From an uncultured virus (IMG/VR IMGVR_UViG_3300005461_000009) (taxonomy: Duplodnaviria; Heunggongvirae; Uroviricota; Caudoviricetes), in the IMG/VR virus record IMGVR_UViG_3300005461_000009: a DNA stretch of 64,000 nt. One strand, written 5' to 3'. The position numbers were made by a program, and so were the translations under genes. Below the pieces are notes generated by a model that saw only the letters and a list, made by a program, of their open reading frames with translations, had not been told where the DNA came from and did no database searches. Below, one piece after another: positions 47,722 to 58,631 of the stretch (positions are counted from its first letter, which is position 1; every line of letters begins with the position of its first letter).

Positions 47722-47923
47722 GCCTTTAAATAGTTACTTTATTTTCTCATAATATTTTTCAAGATCTTCTATCGCCATTTCATATCCCTGTAATAAAGCA
47801 TCTTCGTGTACAAAGTCATAATTATTTTGATGTGTCTTTTGTTCTTTCTTTAAATAATCTAATATCTCTTCTATATTTTGAACGCTAAGCAAATATAATT
47901 CCTCCACACTTAAAATTTCACTT

Positions 47924-48241
47924 TTATTTAATCAAATTCCCATACATATCAGTATAAACATAGCTATTACCTTCCTCTAAAGTTTCCCAATTTATCACTT
48001 CATATGTTTTAAAAATACCAACTATGCTTTCATGCATAGCATATATTTTGGAAACATAATTCCAACTATTTTCACCAACTTCATGTTCCACATATTCCTT
48101 TAATGATGAATATCGTTTTAAAAGAATTTCATATGGTTCAATTTTATCAATCTTATAATCTTTAAAAATAACAGAATACTTTATCATTTTACCTCCCATT
48201 GAAGCTGAACAACATCCAAATCCTACATAAAATATTTGCAC
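47924..48241 (-). CDS. Hypothetical protein
   Basis: Likely ATG after GGAGGT at about 48187. Confidence 0.55.
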   Translation of the reverse strand: MQIFYVGFGCCSASMGGKMIKYSVIFKDYKIDKIEPYEILLKRYSSLKEYVEHEVGENSWNYVSKIYAMHESIVGIFKTYEVINWETLEEGNSYVYTDMYGNLIK

Positions 48242-48978
48242 TTCTCAAAATAAAACTGCTGTTCTTTTTCAAAAAGTGTAATCAATTTATCCAGACTTTT
48301 TTCTTCTCTATATTCTTTCAACGCTTCCAGATACTCATTTCTATTTGCATCTTCAATCACAACCGGCACAACACCATTTTTCAAGCATTCCCTAAAGAGA
48401 ATCAATCTTCCTGTCCTACCGTTCCCGTCTTGGAAAGGATGAATGCTCTCGTATCTTGCATGGAACTCGGCTAATACAGAAATATTTATCGCCTGACCAT
48501 CATACCAGTCCATTAGTAAATACATTTCTTGGGCAATATCTTCTGGTCTTACAGTTTGATACATTCCAATCATATTAGGACGCTGCTTATAATCACCGAT
48601 TGCATATCCGTTAGCACGATCCTCAAATACACCTGACTTTAATTCATAATGAAATTGTTTTATCAATTCCTGTGATAACGGTTCATCCAGTGTATCCAAC
48701 ATTTTATTGAACATGAGAAAATGACCATTCATTTCTTCTATATCTTTTGCCCTATAATAATCATCTGATTTTGGCAAAGTGCCGTTGTCAAATAACGAAG
48801 ACGTTTGTTCCTCAGTAAGTGTACTGCCCTCAATCTTATTTGAGTTATAAGCAAGTAAACGTTGTGTATATGCGTACACACCAGATCTATCGAATTTTTG
48901 TCTTTCTATTTTGAATCTTTCTAAAAGGAAATATAAAAACTCTTTATTCGTAAGATTATTCATATCTGCACCTCGCAT
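48223..48978 (-). CDS. Fic-domain protein
   Basis: Canonical HPFQDGNGRTGR; SNKIEG inhibitory-helix-like motif. Confidence 0.92.
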   Translation of the reverse strand: MRGADMNNLTNKEFLYFLLERFKIERQKFDRSGVYAYTQRLLAYNSNKIEGSTLTEEQTSSLFDNGTLPKSDDYYRAKDIEEMNGHFLMFNKMLDTLDEPLSQELIKQFHYELKSGVFEDRANGYAIGDYKQRPNMIGMYQTVRPEDIAQEMYLLMDWYDGQAINISVLAEFHARYESIHPFQDGNGRTGRLILFRECLKNGVVPVVIEDANRNEYLEALKEYREEKSLDKLITLFEKEQQFYFEKCKYFM

Positions 48979-48988
48979 ATATCATTAA

Positions 48989-49522
48989 TTATCCAAGTTC
49001 TTGAATCATTTTTCTTACTTTTTCAATCTCACCACTTGTATGTGGTGTTCCGCCAGCATTCATATCCACATACCATTGTAACACTTCTTTTTCTGATTTC
49101 AAATCATTTATATTAACCTTAATTGTAAATTTCATTCGCAATTTATCAGTATATTCTCTAAAATACGAATCAAATATTTTAATTTCATTGTTTATAAATC
49201 TCCGAAATGCTGTAATACGTTGCAAACCATCAACACATACAAATTCATTATATTCGCCAACTGGCATATTAATATTCCAATCAGGTTTATTTAAATAAAT
49301 TACTGTTCCAGATTTTCCACCTTTCAAAAAATATTCAATGTATGCTATTTGCTGTTTACTTGACCAGACGTGTCCTCTTTGAAACTTAGGATTAAGTTGT
49401 AATCCTTCTTCGGATACTTGTTCATCTATAAATTTTATCAAACCAACAGGTTCAAAATCGCACTGCCAATTACCACTTGTCGTAAACTGCGGAATATCCT
49501 TAAACCTCGCTATCTTCTCCAT
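48989..49522 (-). CDS. DUF262-domain protein (short)
   Basis: P.FQRGHVW, VDGLQR, MNAGGT. Confidence 0.8.
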   Translation of the reverse strand: MEKIARFKDIPQFTTSGNWQCDFEPVGLIKFIDEQVSEEGLQLNPKFQRGHVWSSKQQIAYIEYFLKGGKSGTVIYLNKPDWNINMPVGEYNEFVCVDGLQRITAFRRFINNEIKIFDSYFREYTDKLRMKFTIKVNINDLKSEKEVLQWYVDMNAGGTPHTSGEIEKVRKMIQELG

Positions 49523-49565
49523 AATATTATCCCTACCTATACCACAAAACTAGAATTTCAATGCT

Positions 49566-49856
49566 CTACTCTCCTTGATGTCTTAATTTTCGCATATATT
49601 TCTCTACACTAATCTTTATATCTACATACGCATTTAGTCTTTCCTTCGCTCGTTCCAATTCAATTTCCGCTGAATCTATCAAACATTGTTCATCTTCAAA
49701 ATAACAACTTCGTTTCGTATCTTGAAAATTCTGTTCAGCTTTTTCAACAACATTTTTTTGTTCTTTGCATTTTTTATCTAACCATTTGAATACATCTTTT
49801 ACGCCTTCAGATTTCAACAATATCCCTCCTAAATACCCTTGAATCCAGCCTTTCAT
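49566..49856 (-). CDS. Hypothetical protein
   Basis: ORF in the array. Confidence 0.5.
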   Translation of the reverse strand: MKGWIQGYLGGILLKSEGVKDVFKWLDKKCKEQKNVVEKAEQNFQDTKRSCYFEDEQCLIDSAEIELERAKERLNAYVDIKISVEKYMRKLRHQGE

Positions 49857-50057
49857 TGCTAAAAATCACCAAAAACATCTTGATCTCCGTCACACCATTG
49901 ATATTCTTTTCCCTTATACTTTTCTTCTAAAAACTTCTCAATTTCATCATCTGAAATATTTCCTGGCAATTCAATAATATGTTTAATCGCAACTTGAATT
50001 ACTCTTTTCCCATTTTTATTAAACATTCAAAACCTCCACTTAGAAACAGCATTTCAT

Positions 50058-50291
50058 TTAATCTTTATACAAATATCTATCAGATTTTTCATAAGATAAA
50101 TCACAGTAATGTTCATTATCATCTGATGTGATTGTAACGCCAGATTCATCTTGATCCACATGATACCACATATCTTTTTTAAATATAAATATATGCCCGT
50201 CAGTTGAATAACAATCTTTTTTCATCTTTACTCTACCATATTTGGCAGCTTCTCGCAAAACTTCAATGTCCATAATATTATCTATATCCAT
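50058..50291 (-). CDS. Hypothetical protein
   Basis: AGGAGG SD; bracketed by N6 sites 50041 and 50305. Confidence 0.65.
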   Translation of the reverse strand: MDIDNIMDIEVLREAAKYGRVKMKKDCYSTDGHIFIFKKDMWYHVDQDESGVTITSDDNEHYCDLSYEKSDRYLYKD

Positions 50292-50508
50292 TTTATCCTC
50301 CTATTGAAAGCAACATTCTATTGGCATTTTTAATCCCATTGACGAATATCAATAAGATCGTCTTTTTCTGACCACATAACTTCCTTACCATCAGCTATTT
50401 TATTGATTTTATTATCGATTTCATGATCGCTCATATCATCTGGAACTTCTATTGAATCAACTACAGCATACCAAATTGTTTTCATGTTATTAACCTCCAA
50501 TATTATAA

Positions 50509-50937
50509 TTATGCAGTTTTCCTTCTTCTCCTAACATTTCTGATTTTCCACATTTCCCTCTCAGGAATATAGCACCCTCCCCATAATACAGTAGAGTCAG
50601 AAATAGTTATCAACTTCTCCCAATTGCAATCATAACACTCAATGTCATCAGGAACATCAGCTTCCCAACATGGAACTTTCTTCTTCAGATGATTCAATGA
50701 TTGATTGCTCTTATGTCCATCCACAAAACACCAAATACCACGTTTAAAATCTTCCAAGTGTTCTTTATAGAAAACCACCTTTTGCTCATGGATACACTGA
50801 ATCTGCCACCTCGCAAATTCTGGAAATTTTTCTATATCAAAATCATATAGATGATACTGGATATGTTTTGCATGATGTGTCTGTTCCTTTGGTTCAAATG
50901 CTACTACTGAATAGCGGATAATTTTCATATTCGTCAC
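50509..50937 (-). CDS. Hypothetical protein
   Basis: ORF in the array. Confidence 0.6.
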   Translation of the reverse strand: MTNMKIIRYSVVAFEPKEQTHHAKHIQYHLYDFDIEKFPEFARWQIQCIHEQKVVFYKEHLEDFKRGIWCFVDGHKSNQSLNHLKKKVPCWEADVPDDIECYDCNWEKLITISDSTVLWGGCYIPEREMWKIRNVRRRRKTA

Positions 50938-50945
50938 CTGCCTAA

Positions 50946-51314
50946 TTAATATGGATTCCTATTTCTATATCTCTTGCCACGAAAGGGAATAATATTAATT
51001 GCTTCAAATCCATACTCCTCCAAATCCTGATTACTCGTTTCTATGTCTTGTATTAAATCCAATGGAATTGCAATAACTTTATGTCCTTTTTTAAAACCTT
51101 CATCTTCTATCCTTCCACATCCCATTATGATTTTATTATCAATTATATCTCCTGGCACACAATCCTTTTCACATTCCATCAAATAATCTTCAAGATGTCT
51201 TTCTATCTCTAATTGTGTTATGTTTCTAGTTTCATATATAATTGCGTATGGTTCCATCTGTTTACCTCCAATTTTTTGCCATGAAAACCGGATTTCAAGA
51301 CTATCATTTACCAA
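50946..51314 (-). CDS. Hypothetical protein
   Basis: Likely ATG after GGAGGT at about 51257. Confidence 0.6.
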   Translation of the reverse strand: MVNDSLEIRFSWQKIGGKQMEPYAIIYETRNITQLEIERHLEDYLMECEKDCVPGDIIDNKIIMGCGRIEDEGFKKGHKVIAIPLDLIQDIETSNQDLEEYGFEAINIIPFRGKRYRNRNPY

Positions 51315-51688
51315 TTACAAACATCTCTATAAAGCAATCTATGAGAATTGCACATTTTTTCTTCGTTAAGAGAATCTAATTCCTTTTGACAATCTTCATT
51401 CCAAGTTCCAGAAATTTTCTTATTAAGTAAAATTCTTAATTTGCTTTCAATTTCCAATTCAGTATCGTAATCTGTCTTATCATTATTTGGAAATTCCATA
51501 TTAAACGCATATGTCATTTTAGAAACCAACACGCCCATGCATTCGGTACATAAATTTATTTTTAATGGATTCAAATTTCCTATAGTAATTGAATATATTT
51601 TTCTATATTCATCTTGCTTCTCGTTACAATTTAAACACGAAGTATATTTACCATTATCTAATCCAACATCAAGCATGATATCCTCCAA
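51308..51688 (-). CDS. Hypothetical Zn-binding protein
   Basis: CLNC...CTEC. Confidence 0.6.
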   Translation of the reverse strand: MEDIMLDVGLDNGKYTSCLNCNEKQDEYRKIYSITIGNLNPLKINLCTECMGVLVSKMTYAFNMEFPNNDKTDYDTELEIESKLRILLNKKISGTWNEDCQKELDSLNEEKMCNSHRLLYRDVCNW

Positions 51689-51697
51689 TCTAAAAAT

Positions 51698-52102
51698 TTA
51701 CTGTTGCAAATTTATATCATAAATATTTTCCACAACATTTAGCAATGAGTATCCGTACCCACCAAGCAATCCTTCCCACTCACAATATTCATTAAACACA
51801 TCCTGTTTCGCCATACTCATAATATCACTATCTTGTGACGCATCGCCAGGTTTTAATCCTCTACGCTGCCTAAGGGCTTCCATAACTTTCTTATTATATG
51901 TCTTCTGTGCTGGTTCCAACCAATTCACACTGACATGTTTCTGTTCTATATATCCATCTTCGGCTTCAAATTCAACATCACATTCTTCTTCAGTTTCCCA
52001 TGCATAATCAACAAAAGTACCATACTGTTTTAAATTTCTGTGATAAACTCTATCGCCATGTTTGAATTTTTTATCCATGCTTATGTCCTCCAATCTATAC
52101 AT
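51698..52102 (-). CDS. Hypothetical protein
   Basis: GGAGG SD; FKHGDRV SH3-like start. Confidence 0.6.
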   Translation of the reverse strand: MYRLEDISMDKKFKHGDRVYHRNLKQYGTFVDYAWETEEECDVEFEAEDGYIEQKHVSVNWLEPAQKTYNKKVMEALRQRRGLKPGDASQDSDIMSMAKQDVFNEYCEWEGLLGGYGYSLLNVVENIYDINLQQ

Positions 52103-52322
52103 TACAAGGTAAATAATGCCCTTCTATGTGATATTCTCCATCTTCCAAAACCAATGACGTATTTTCCTTTGTCCATTCTACTAACTCTTCTGTACTAAGA
52201 AAATATTTTGCCACCATAAAATCATTACACACCGGAATACCATCACCAGGAACTTCTCTACCCTCTACAATATCCTCTTTATCATTATTGAGAACTATAA
52301 AATATCTCCATTCACATTTCAT
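52095..52322 (-). CDS. Hypothetical protein
   Basis: GAGGTG SD. Confidence 0.55.
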   Translation of the reverse strand: MKCEWRYFIVLNNDKEDIVEGREVPGDGIPVCNDFMVAKYFLSTEELVEWTKENTSLVLEDGEYHIEGHYLPCNV

Positions 52323-52501
52323 ACAATCACCTCACACCACATCCGGTAGCATATTTCAAAATATCATTATCTGTTGGATATGTATCTTCCCATCCAGAAA
52401 CAGTATAACTTTCACCGTTCTTGATATCATTTACTATTCCTGCCAATTCTTCTTTGTCTAATTTATATAAACATTTCCAAGTGATCATATCGTGTAATCT
52501 C

Positions 52502-52732
52502 CTAAATATTTTCTGCCCATCTAAAAGCAATTGTTCTCAATAAATCAATCATACATACTGTATGCCATCCAACACCCAATTTATCAAAGTACGCATCACG
52601 CATTTTTCCTAACTCATTATTTGGAATTGAACCCGTTTTCTCAGATTCTAAAAACTGCTCAAATAATAAGATTAATTCTTCATGAGTTTTACTATAAAAA
52701 ACATTATTGTTGTCTACCATATATACCTCCAT
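52502..52732 (-). CDS. Hypothetical protein
   Basis: GGAGGT SD. Confidence 0.55.
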   Translation of the reverse strand: MEVYMVDNNNVFYSKTHEELILLFEQFLESEKTGSIPNNELGKMRDAYFDKLGVGWHTVCMIDLLRTIAFRWAENI

Positions 52733-52754
52733 ACTACTAAATAAAATCAGACAT

Positions 52755-53105
52755 TCATCGTGTCATAACTTCTTTCCAATCAACCTGTCCCATAACACTA
52801 TTACTAAATAATTCTAACTCTTCCTTCTGAGCACAACTATCAGATTCACAATACTTATCTACGTCATCAAAATAATCATCACCTGTTTCTAAATACCAAT
52901 CATTCCACTCGCCTTCCAATTCGTCAAACATCTGCAAACCACCAACATTACAATAATCTGGCTTAACTCTATTTTGATACTGAAACGCATCATAAGCTGC
53001 CAATACATCTATCATCTTTTTACCTTCTTCTACACTATTAACTGGTATATAGAAAGTCTCCTTTATTCCCACTTGCGGAATCCACCACACTCTTAATTTA
53101 CTCAT
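52755..53105 (-). CDS. Protein resembling the P22 gp17 / 'superinfection exclusion' family
   Basis: KLRVWWIPQV...F..PV.SVEEG....DVLA.YD.FQ..NR.KPDY.N.GGL. Confidence 0.55.
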   Translation of the reverse strand: MSKLRVWWIPQVGIKETFYIPVNSVEEGKKMIDVLAAYDAFQYQNRVKPDYCNVGGLQMFDELEGEWNDWYLETGDDYFDDVDKYCESDSCAQKEELELFSNSVMGQVDWKEVMTR

Positions 53106-53142
53106 AGTTTTAATCCTCCAATAAAATCAAGTATTCAACTGC

Positions 53143-53838
53143 TTATTCCATGTTAATATCAACAGGATTTTCCAACTTTAAAAAATCATCTCTATGTTCT
53201 ACTAAAGCTGCACTTGCAATGGAATTAATTTTATTCTGGCAGAAAGATTCAATCTCACCTTTTGCTTCCATTACCGTCTTATCCATTTGTTCATTAAATT
53301 GATCTGCAATAAAATCCATATTACACCCGATTTCCATACTCAGTTTATTCAATTTACTGAGAATTTCCTGCTTATCTGATTTAGTAAGTGTTTTCTTTTG
53401 ATTAAATAATTCTGTTACATCTTTAATAATTTGCTGTGATTCCATAGTCACTTCTTTTCTTTTTTCTTTAAACTCATCAGCAAATTGTTCTCTCTTACTA
53501 ATAAAATCACAATCTGGTATACGTCCATCTCTTTCTGTCCAACGTACAGTAACAGGAACACCACTCCCCATATTCATAGATGTAATAGCTTCAGCAAATT
53601 GTGAATAACTCATTTCTACTTCTACAATTTTTTTATCGCCATAAATAGAATCATAATGCAATCCTCTTGTAATATCTGCATGATACAAAGTCATTGCAAT
53701 TGTGTCTCTATGTTCTATACTACTTCCAAATAAAGACGTACCTCTCCCACCAGTTCTTCTACCAAAAGCCAACGTTCCGTAACTCGGATGACTTGTTTTT
53801 GTTCCAAATTGCGTATTTTCTACTTTATAATCATTCAT
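53143..53838 (-). CDS. Hypothetical conserved phage protein
   Basis: GGAGG SD; HPSYG, EVEMS..QFAE.ITS.N.G.GVP.T. Confidence 0.7.
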   Translation of the reverse strand: MNDYKVENTQFGTKTSHPSYGTLAFGRRTGGRGTSLFGSSIEHRDTIAMTLYHADITRGLHYDSIYGDKKIVEVEMSYSQFAEAITSMNMGSGVPVTVRWTERDGRIPDCDFISKREQFADEFKEKRKEVTMESQQIIKDVTELFNQKKTLTKSDKQEILSKLNKLSMEIGCNMDFIADQFNEQMDKTVMEAKGEIESFCQNKINSIASAALVEHRDDFLKLENPVDINME

Positions 53839-54130
53839 AATATTTCCTCCGTTCCAATAAAATCAATCATTCATTTCCATTTTCTTGCGTTTCTCATTCC
53901 AATACTTATTTGCTTCTTCGGAACCTCTAATATACAATGTTGTATATATCCCTTTTCAGAAACAGCCAGGACACAAGCAACCATGATACGCCATAATATC
54001 TCTTATAGAATACATATTGTGTCCACAATCTGTAAAGAAAAATGTTCCATCTCCATGCTTTTCTGGTGTTGTTTGATATGTTGCAATATTCATCTATGTT
54101 TCACCCACTTCCCATTATACCATACATTTT

Positions 54131-55126
54131 CTATTCTAGTGCTAGTTTTTCTCTAATACCATATCCCCCATCTACATAAGTATTTACTGTGACATTCACA
54201 TTCTTATGCCCTAACTGTTGCTGTGCGAATGCAACTCCATATTTTTCTGTTATTACAGTTCCATACCAATGCCTGATCATATGTGGAGTAAGTTTTTTAC
54301 CACTATATACAAAAAACATTGCTCTCAAGTCAGACTCTTGCATTCTTTTCCCTGTCTTATTTAAGAAAATAGCTCTGTCATCTATGACATTTATTGTATT
54401 TCTGACTTCAAGCCATTTCAAAAATGCATCTTTTGCGGTAAGATTAAGCAAAATATTTCTTCCTAGTGCAGAATAATATACCCCTTTTCCCATTACTCTG
54501 ATATGTGGCGTTTTTTCTATTTCGTTTCCATCTAAGAATAATGAAGAAAATTCTAATTCTATAAGTTCACATGCCCTCAAACCTGTATTCATCAGGATTG
54601 TAAGTATAAGCAGGTTCCTGTCCCTTACAAAACGGTCATTCTTCTTTTTCTGATTAATATTTTTCCTCATTTCTTCCAGATCGTCCTTTGATGGCATTTT
54701 AACATAGCGATTATATCCAGAATCCAAACCTTCATATGCTACATCTTCAATAATGTTACATTTTACAGGTACACTAGGAGAATTAACCATAGACTTCCAA
54801 AAACTTCTAAAAATGTTTTTCCTTGTGTTCAATGTTGTCGGCGATATTCCTTCATTTTGTTTTTCTTCTAAATACATATTTATATAAGCTGACTCTATAT
54901 ATTCCATATCTGGCGGTGTAATTTCTGATATACTATTCTTTTGAATCAGCCTTTTATCTATCATCCATCGTAACAAATTTTTAATAACAGAATAATAATT
55001 TAATGCACCTAATTTACTTTTTCTGTTTAAAAGATATAACTGTATGAACATTGGTATATTGTCTTCATTCATTTTCCTTTGTAATTTTTCCGCATTTTTC
55101 TTCTGAATTTCATCCTTATAACACAT
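54131..55126 (-). CDS. Tyrosine recombinase/integrase with an intact catalytic set
   Basis: TGLRACE (R), GKG (K), HMIRH (HxxR), LGH, TY. Confidence 0.92.
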   Translation of the reverse strand: MCYKDEIQKKNAEKLQRKMNEDNIPMFIQLYLLNRKSKLGALNYYSVIKNLLRWMIDKRLIQKNSISEITPPDMEYIESAYINMYLEEKQNEGISPTTLNTRKNIFRSFWKSMVNSPSVPVKCNIIEDVAYEGLDSGYNRYVKMPSKDDLEEMRKNINQKKKNDRFVRDRNLLILTILMNTGLRACELIELEFSSLFLDGNEIEKTPHIRVMGKGVYYSALGRNILLNLTAKDAFLKWLEVRNTINVIDDRAIFLNKTGKRMQESDLRAMFFVYSGKKLTPHMIRHWYGTVITEKYGVAFAQQQLGHKNVNVTVNTYVDGGYGIREKLALE

Positions 55127-55226
55127 AATAAATCCATCCTTTCTATGTTTTTCTACATTATACTTCTACATTCAAAAAGAAAAGCACTAACGTTTCCGTC
55201 AATGCTTCTCAACACACTCTAAACTA

Positions 55227-55481
55227 TCAATAATGATATCTACATGTATACACAATCAAATTATTTCCTTCCACTTGATACACTAACCTATGTTCATCCG
55301 TTATTCTTCTACTCCACTTTCCAGCTAAATCGTATTTTAGCGGTTCTGGCTTTCCAAGTCCCTCAAATGGATTTCTCTTTATATCTTTAATCAATTCATT
55401 TATTCTTTTTACAATTTTCTTGTCCATCTTCTGCCAATAAAGATAATCCTCCCAAGCATTTTCCGTGAAAGATACATTCAT
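55227..55481 (-). CDS. yoeB: YoeB/Txe toxin
   Basis: AWEDY.YWQ, GKPEPLK, WSRRITDEHRLVY, RYHY. Confidence 0.95.
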   Translation of the reverse strand: MNVSFTENAWEDYLYWQKMDKKIVKRINELIKDIKRNPFEGLGKPEPLKYDLAGKWSRRITDEHRLVYQVEGNNLIVYTCRYHY

Positions 55482-55484
55482 AGA

Positions 55485-55736
55485 CTAATCCTCCACATCA
55501 AAACTTACAAGTTTTCCATCTTCAGCTTGCTTGATAGACTCTTTCAACCACTCATAATTCGCTTTACTTTCCCTTATATGAAGATTTTCCATCAGATTAT
55601 CATACTGTGCCTGAGACATAAGCACAACATTTTCATCGTTTTTTCTCGTAATTATTGCGATATCAGAATCATGTACAACCCGATCGCAAACTTCTTTGAA
55701 GTTATTCCTTACATTTGAAAAATTTGTTGCTATCAT
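55485..55736 (-). CDS. yefM: YefM/Axe antitoxin
   Basis: NFS.VR.N.K...D.V, IITR, VLMS...Y....E. Confidence 0.92.
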   Translation of the reverse strand: MIATNFSNVRNNFKEVCDRVVHDSDIAIITRKNDENVVLMSQAQYDNLMENLHIRESKANYEWLKESIKQAEDGKLVSFDVED

Positions 55737-55758
55737 ACAATCACACTCCTTTGAATAT

Positions 55759-55810
55759 AGTATATTCTATATTCTTAGTATTGTCAATATTTTGTACAAT
55801 ATTCTGTGCA
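55759..55810 (-). promoter_or_regulatory. yefM-yoeB promoter and TGTACA operator
   Basis: TTGACA-17 nt-TATACT; TTGTACAA palindrome just upstream. Confidence 0.7.
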
Positions 55811-55839
55811 ACTATGTATCACAAGTTGAAACGATGATT

Positions 55840-56403
55840 TCAAGTCTGTTTTAAAATTCTTCTCATTACTATTAAAAATCTATTTTTCTGTTTCAATCGC
55901 CTTATGTAATATAATTTTTTCCATAAGTCATCATCATATGATTTCTTCATTTGATATAAGATAATTTCCGTTAATTTCTTCATTAAATCTTCTGGTAAAA
56001 TATCCTGTTTAATAAGATTACATACGCTACAGGCAACTTGAAGATTATCCATTGCATTAGTTCCACCTTTTGCTAAAGGAACAATATGATCGACTGTAAA
56101 ACTGTCATATGGAATAAATTTTCCGCATATTGCACATCTCCCTTTACCCTTATTATAAATTTTAATTCTTTCCTCTGACGAAAATTGTTTGCGCTTAATT
56201 TTATGAATATCTCCTACCTGTTGCATGGTTTCCATATCAACAATCTTATAGTCTTTCAATTTCTTTGTCGCTTTATTTAGCATAGCTCTGGCACTACCTT
56301 GTGTTTCAAACCTTGTTGCCAAATTTAGGTTTTGTGTTTTACATATTGTATGTTTGCCATCCAGATAGCAATAATAAGCGTCTTTTTGCAAAATATATGC
56401 CAT
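55840..56403 (-). CDS. HNH endonuclease
   Basis: CAICG, TVDHIVPLAKGGTN..DNLQ.AC..CN..K; ATG after GGAGG. Confidence 0.88.
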   Translation of the reverse strand: MAYILQKDAYYCYLDGKHTICKTQNLNLATRFETQGSARAMLNKATKKLKDYKIVDMETMQQVGDIHKIKRKQFSSEERIKIYNKGKGRCAICGKFIPYDSFTVDHIVPLAKGGTNAMDNLQVACSVCNLIKQDILPEDLMKKLTEIILYQMKKSYDDDLWKKLYYIRRLKQKNRFLIVMRRILKQT

Positions 56404-56519
56404 ATATTTTATCCTCCAAATCGTTTTATATAAACTACTTCTCTTTTTCGTGTTGAAGTATAGAACACGATTCCATGCATATACAGCATGAAACAATCTA
56501 TATCAAATCATATACACTT

Positions 56520-57563
56520 TCAACTTGCTTCGGCCAAAGATTTCGTATTTCCAAAATACCTATCATAATCCTTTTTGATTTCCTCCACCCTCTTCATAAC
56601 AGCAGAATTCTTTCCAGTTCCTCTTCCGGCAGCGTCATTATATGCTTTAGAAGTTGTAGCAGATTTCTTTCCGCTAAAGAAATTTACAAACCATTCCATC
56701 ATTTGTTTGTCAGAATATCCGTCATTAAGCGACTCTGCAACAATCGGCACAATACTAATCATATGCGTCCTGGCATAAATCCTCTTTGCAATTTTCTTAT
56801 CCTCTATCATGGCATGTATATTGTAAATACGGTCGAATACTTCGCTAAGTAAGAATTCATCATCCTTTGTAATATCTGCCATTCTCATGTAAGGACGAAT
56901 CCATTTTGCATCTGTAGAAACTTCACTGTCATTTAAGATTGCATGTGCTTTGGCCACCATATCTTCATTCACATGTCCATCTAAAGCTGTCTGACTTAAA
57001 GCATCAGCAAACAACTTATGCTTCCCAAGATTGATAATCTGTTCCTTTGATTTTGCTTTTACACGGTTCATCGTAGCAGCGTTTAATGCCTGACCATTAT
57101 TCAGATTATAGAATGTATCCGCCTGTTCTTCCTGATTCGCATTGTCCGTATAGCAAATTGTGAATGAATACTCCTTAATAGCGTTCTGGAAACATTCAGG
57201 AAGATCACTAAACTTGTACCCGTTGATGTCAATTTCCTCTGTTTCGCTCTCATCATTTATAACTGTAAATTCTTCAAGTCCGCTCAATTCAAACTCATTA
57301 TTCAAGAATTTGATGATAGTTAATGTCCGCTGTTTCCCATCTTCGCCCTCATAAACATCTTCCACTTTATTGAAATACAGAGGAGGAACATGTCTATCCA
57401 ATATCAAAGAGCGAATCAAAGCAGATTTCTTGTCATTATCTTTCCACACATAACCCCTTTGAATATCAATGTTAAAATTCACTGTTCCATCTTCCACTAA
57501 TTCAACAAGTTTCCGTGCTGTCCACTCTGTTCTTCCACGATCCGCACCTTTAATTATCTTCAT
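56520..57563 (-). CDS. DUF262/ParB-like domain protein
   Basis: IQRGYVW, PPLY, DGKQR, F..LNNG. Confidence 0.82.
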   Translation of the reverse strand: MKIIKGADRGRTEWTARKLVELVEDGTVNFNIDIQRGYVWKDNDKKSALIRSLILDRHVPPLYFNKVEDVYEGEDGKQRTLTIIKFLNNEFELSGLEEFTVINDESETEEIDINGYKFSDLPECFQNAIKEYSFTICYTDNANQEEQADTFYNLNNGQALNAATMNRVKAKSKEQIINLGKHKLFADALSQTALDGHVNEDMVAKAHAILNDSEVSTDAKWIRPYMRMADITKDDEFLLSEVFDRIYNIHAMIEDKKIAKRIYARTHMISIVPIVAESLNDGYSDKQMMEWFVNFFSGKKSATTSKAYNDAAGRGTGKNSAVMKRVEEIKKDYDRYFGNTKSLAEAS

Positions 57564-57586
57564 GACATTTCCTCCATTTCACCAAA

Positions 57587-58516
57587 TCATTTTGAGATTT
57601 TAACTTTCTTCCCGTTCTCTACATATATCTTCTTCTCTATTCCAAGTCCATCACATACCAAATCTTCCACATAAAGAACACAAGATACTCTGTGGTCACG
57701 CTTCGGATATTTTGATTTTGCTTCTGCACTGAATAACGCAGGATCAATCTGCCTTAATTCCTTTGACAAATACCTATGTATTTCTTTCCTATCATTCGGA
57801 TGGGCAATCCAAACCTCCCTTAATGCCCTCATTACAAATGTCGCATATCCGTTTGTCTCTTTATTCCACCCAGCATTATCAACGATAGAAAAAATAAAGT
57901 CCAGACACTTTTCACCATGCACTTTCGCAATTGAATACGCATCTGTATAACTTCCAAGTATAGACTCTCCTCTATTTCCTTTAGTGGCTACAAATTTAAT
58001 TCCATATTTGTTTAAAAGTTTATCCAGAGAAACGGCAGCATTATCACCAATAATCACTCTTGAAAGATGCTTTTCAAGAGGCTTCACATTTTCCACTTCT
58101 GAATCCTGTCCGATAAAATACTCAGCTTCAAATTTCAGACGTTCATCCAAATCTTCAGGAGCATCCATGAGAATGATTGCATTAAGACGATCCATACCCT
58201 TCTCAGGAGCCACAAGACACCTCCCCTGACCATCTACAACCGCAAATCTGGATTCTTCTGGATGTGGTACTAAGATAATAGGTGTCAACTTTCGTTCATC
58301 CCATTTATTCTTTAACCGATTCAGATGCTTATGTGTTCTCATGCCCTGATACCTTGAATCCACAAAACAACAAGACAACGGAACAACTGCACTCCCTGTA
58401 ATTGCTCTCTGATTCTTACCTTTTCCAACAGTCATAAGTGGCTTGATATTTGCCACTATGTCATTGAACTGCTCCATCCTCCTTGTTTCCTCATTCATTG
58501 CCACAACTGTGCTCAT
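57587..58516 (-). CDS. ParB/Srx-like N-terminal domain protein
   Basis: VD.RYQ, F.VVDGQGR. Confidence 0.7.
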   Translation of the reverse strand: MSTVVAMNEETRRMEQFNDIVANIKPLMTVGKGKNQRAITGSAVVPLSCCFVDSRYQGMRTHKHLNRLKNKWDERKLTPIILVPHPEESRFAVVDGQGRCLVAPEKGMDRLNAIILMDAPEDLDERLKFEAEYFIGQDSEVENVKPLEKHLSRVIIGDNAAVSLDKLLNKYGIKFVATKGNRGESILGSYTDAYSIAKVHGEKCLDFIFSIVDNAGWNKETNGYATFVMRALREVWIAHPNDRKEIHRYLSKELRQIDPALFSAEAKSKYPKRDHRVSCVLYVEDLVCDGLGIEKKIYVENGKKVKISK

Positions 58517-58631
58517 ACTGGAACCTCCTTGAATATGTAATTTTTTGTATAATAAAAAGCATCTGGATTTTTATTTTCCAAATGCTTTACTACCTTAATG
58601 TATTTAGTTAAATATCACATTGTCGTGCCTA

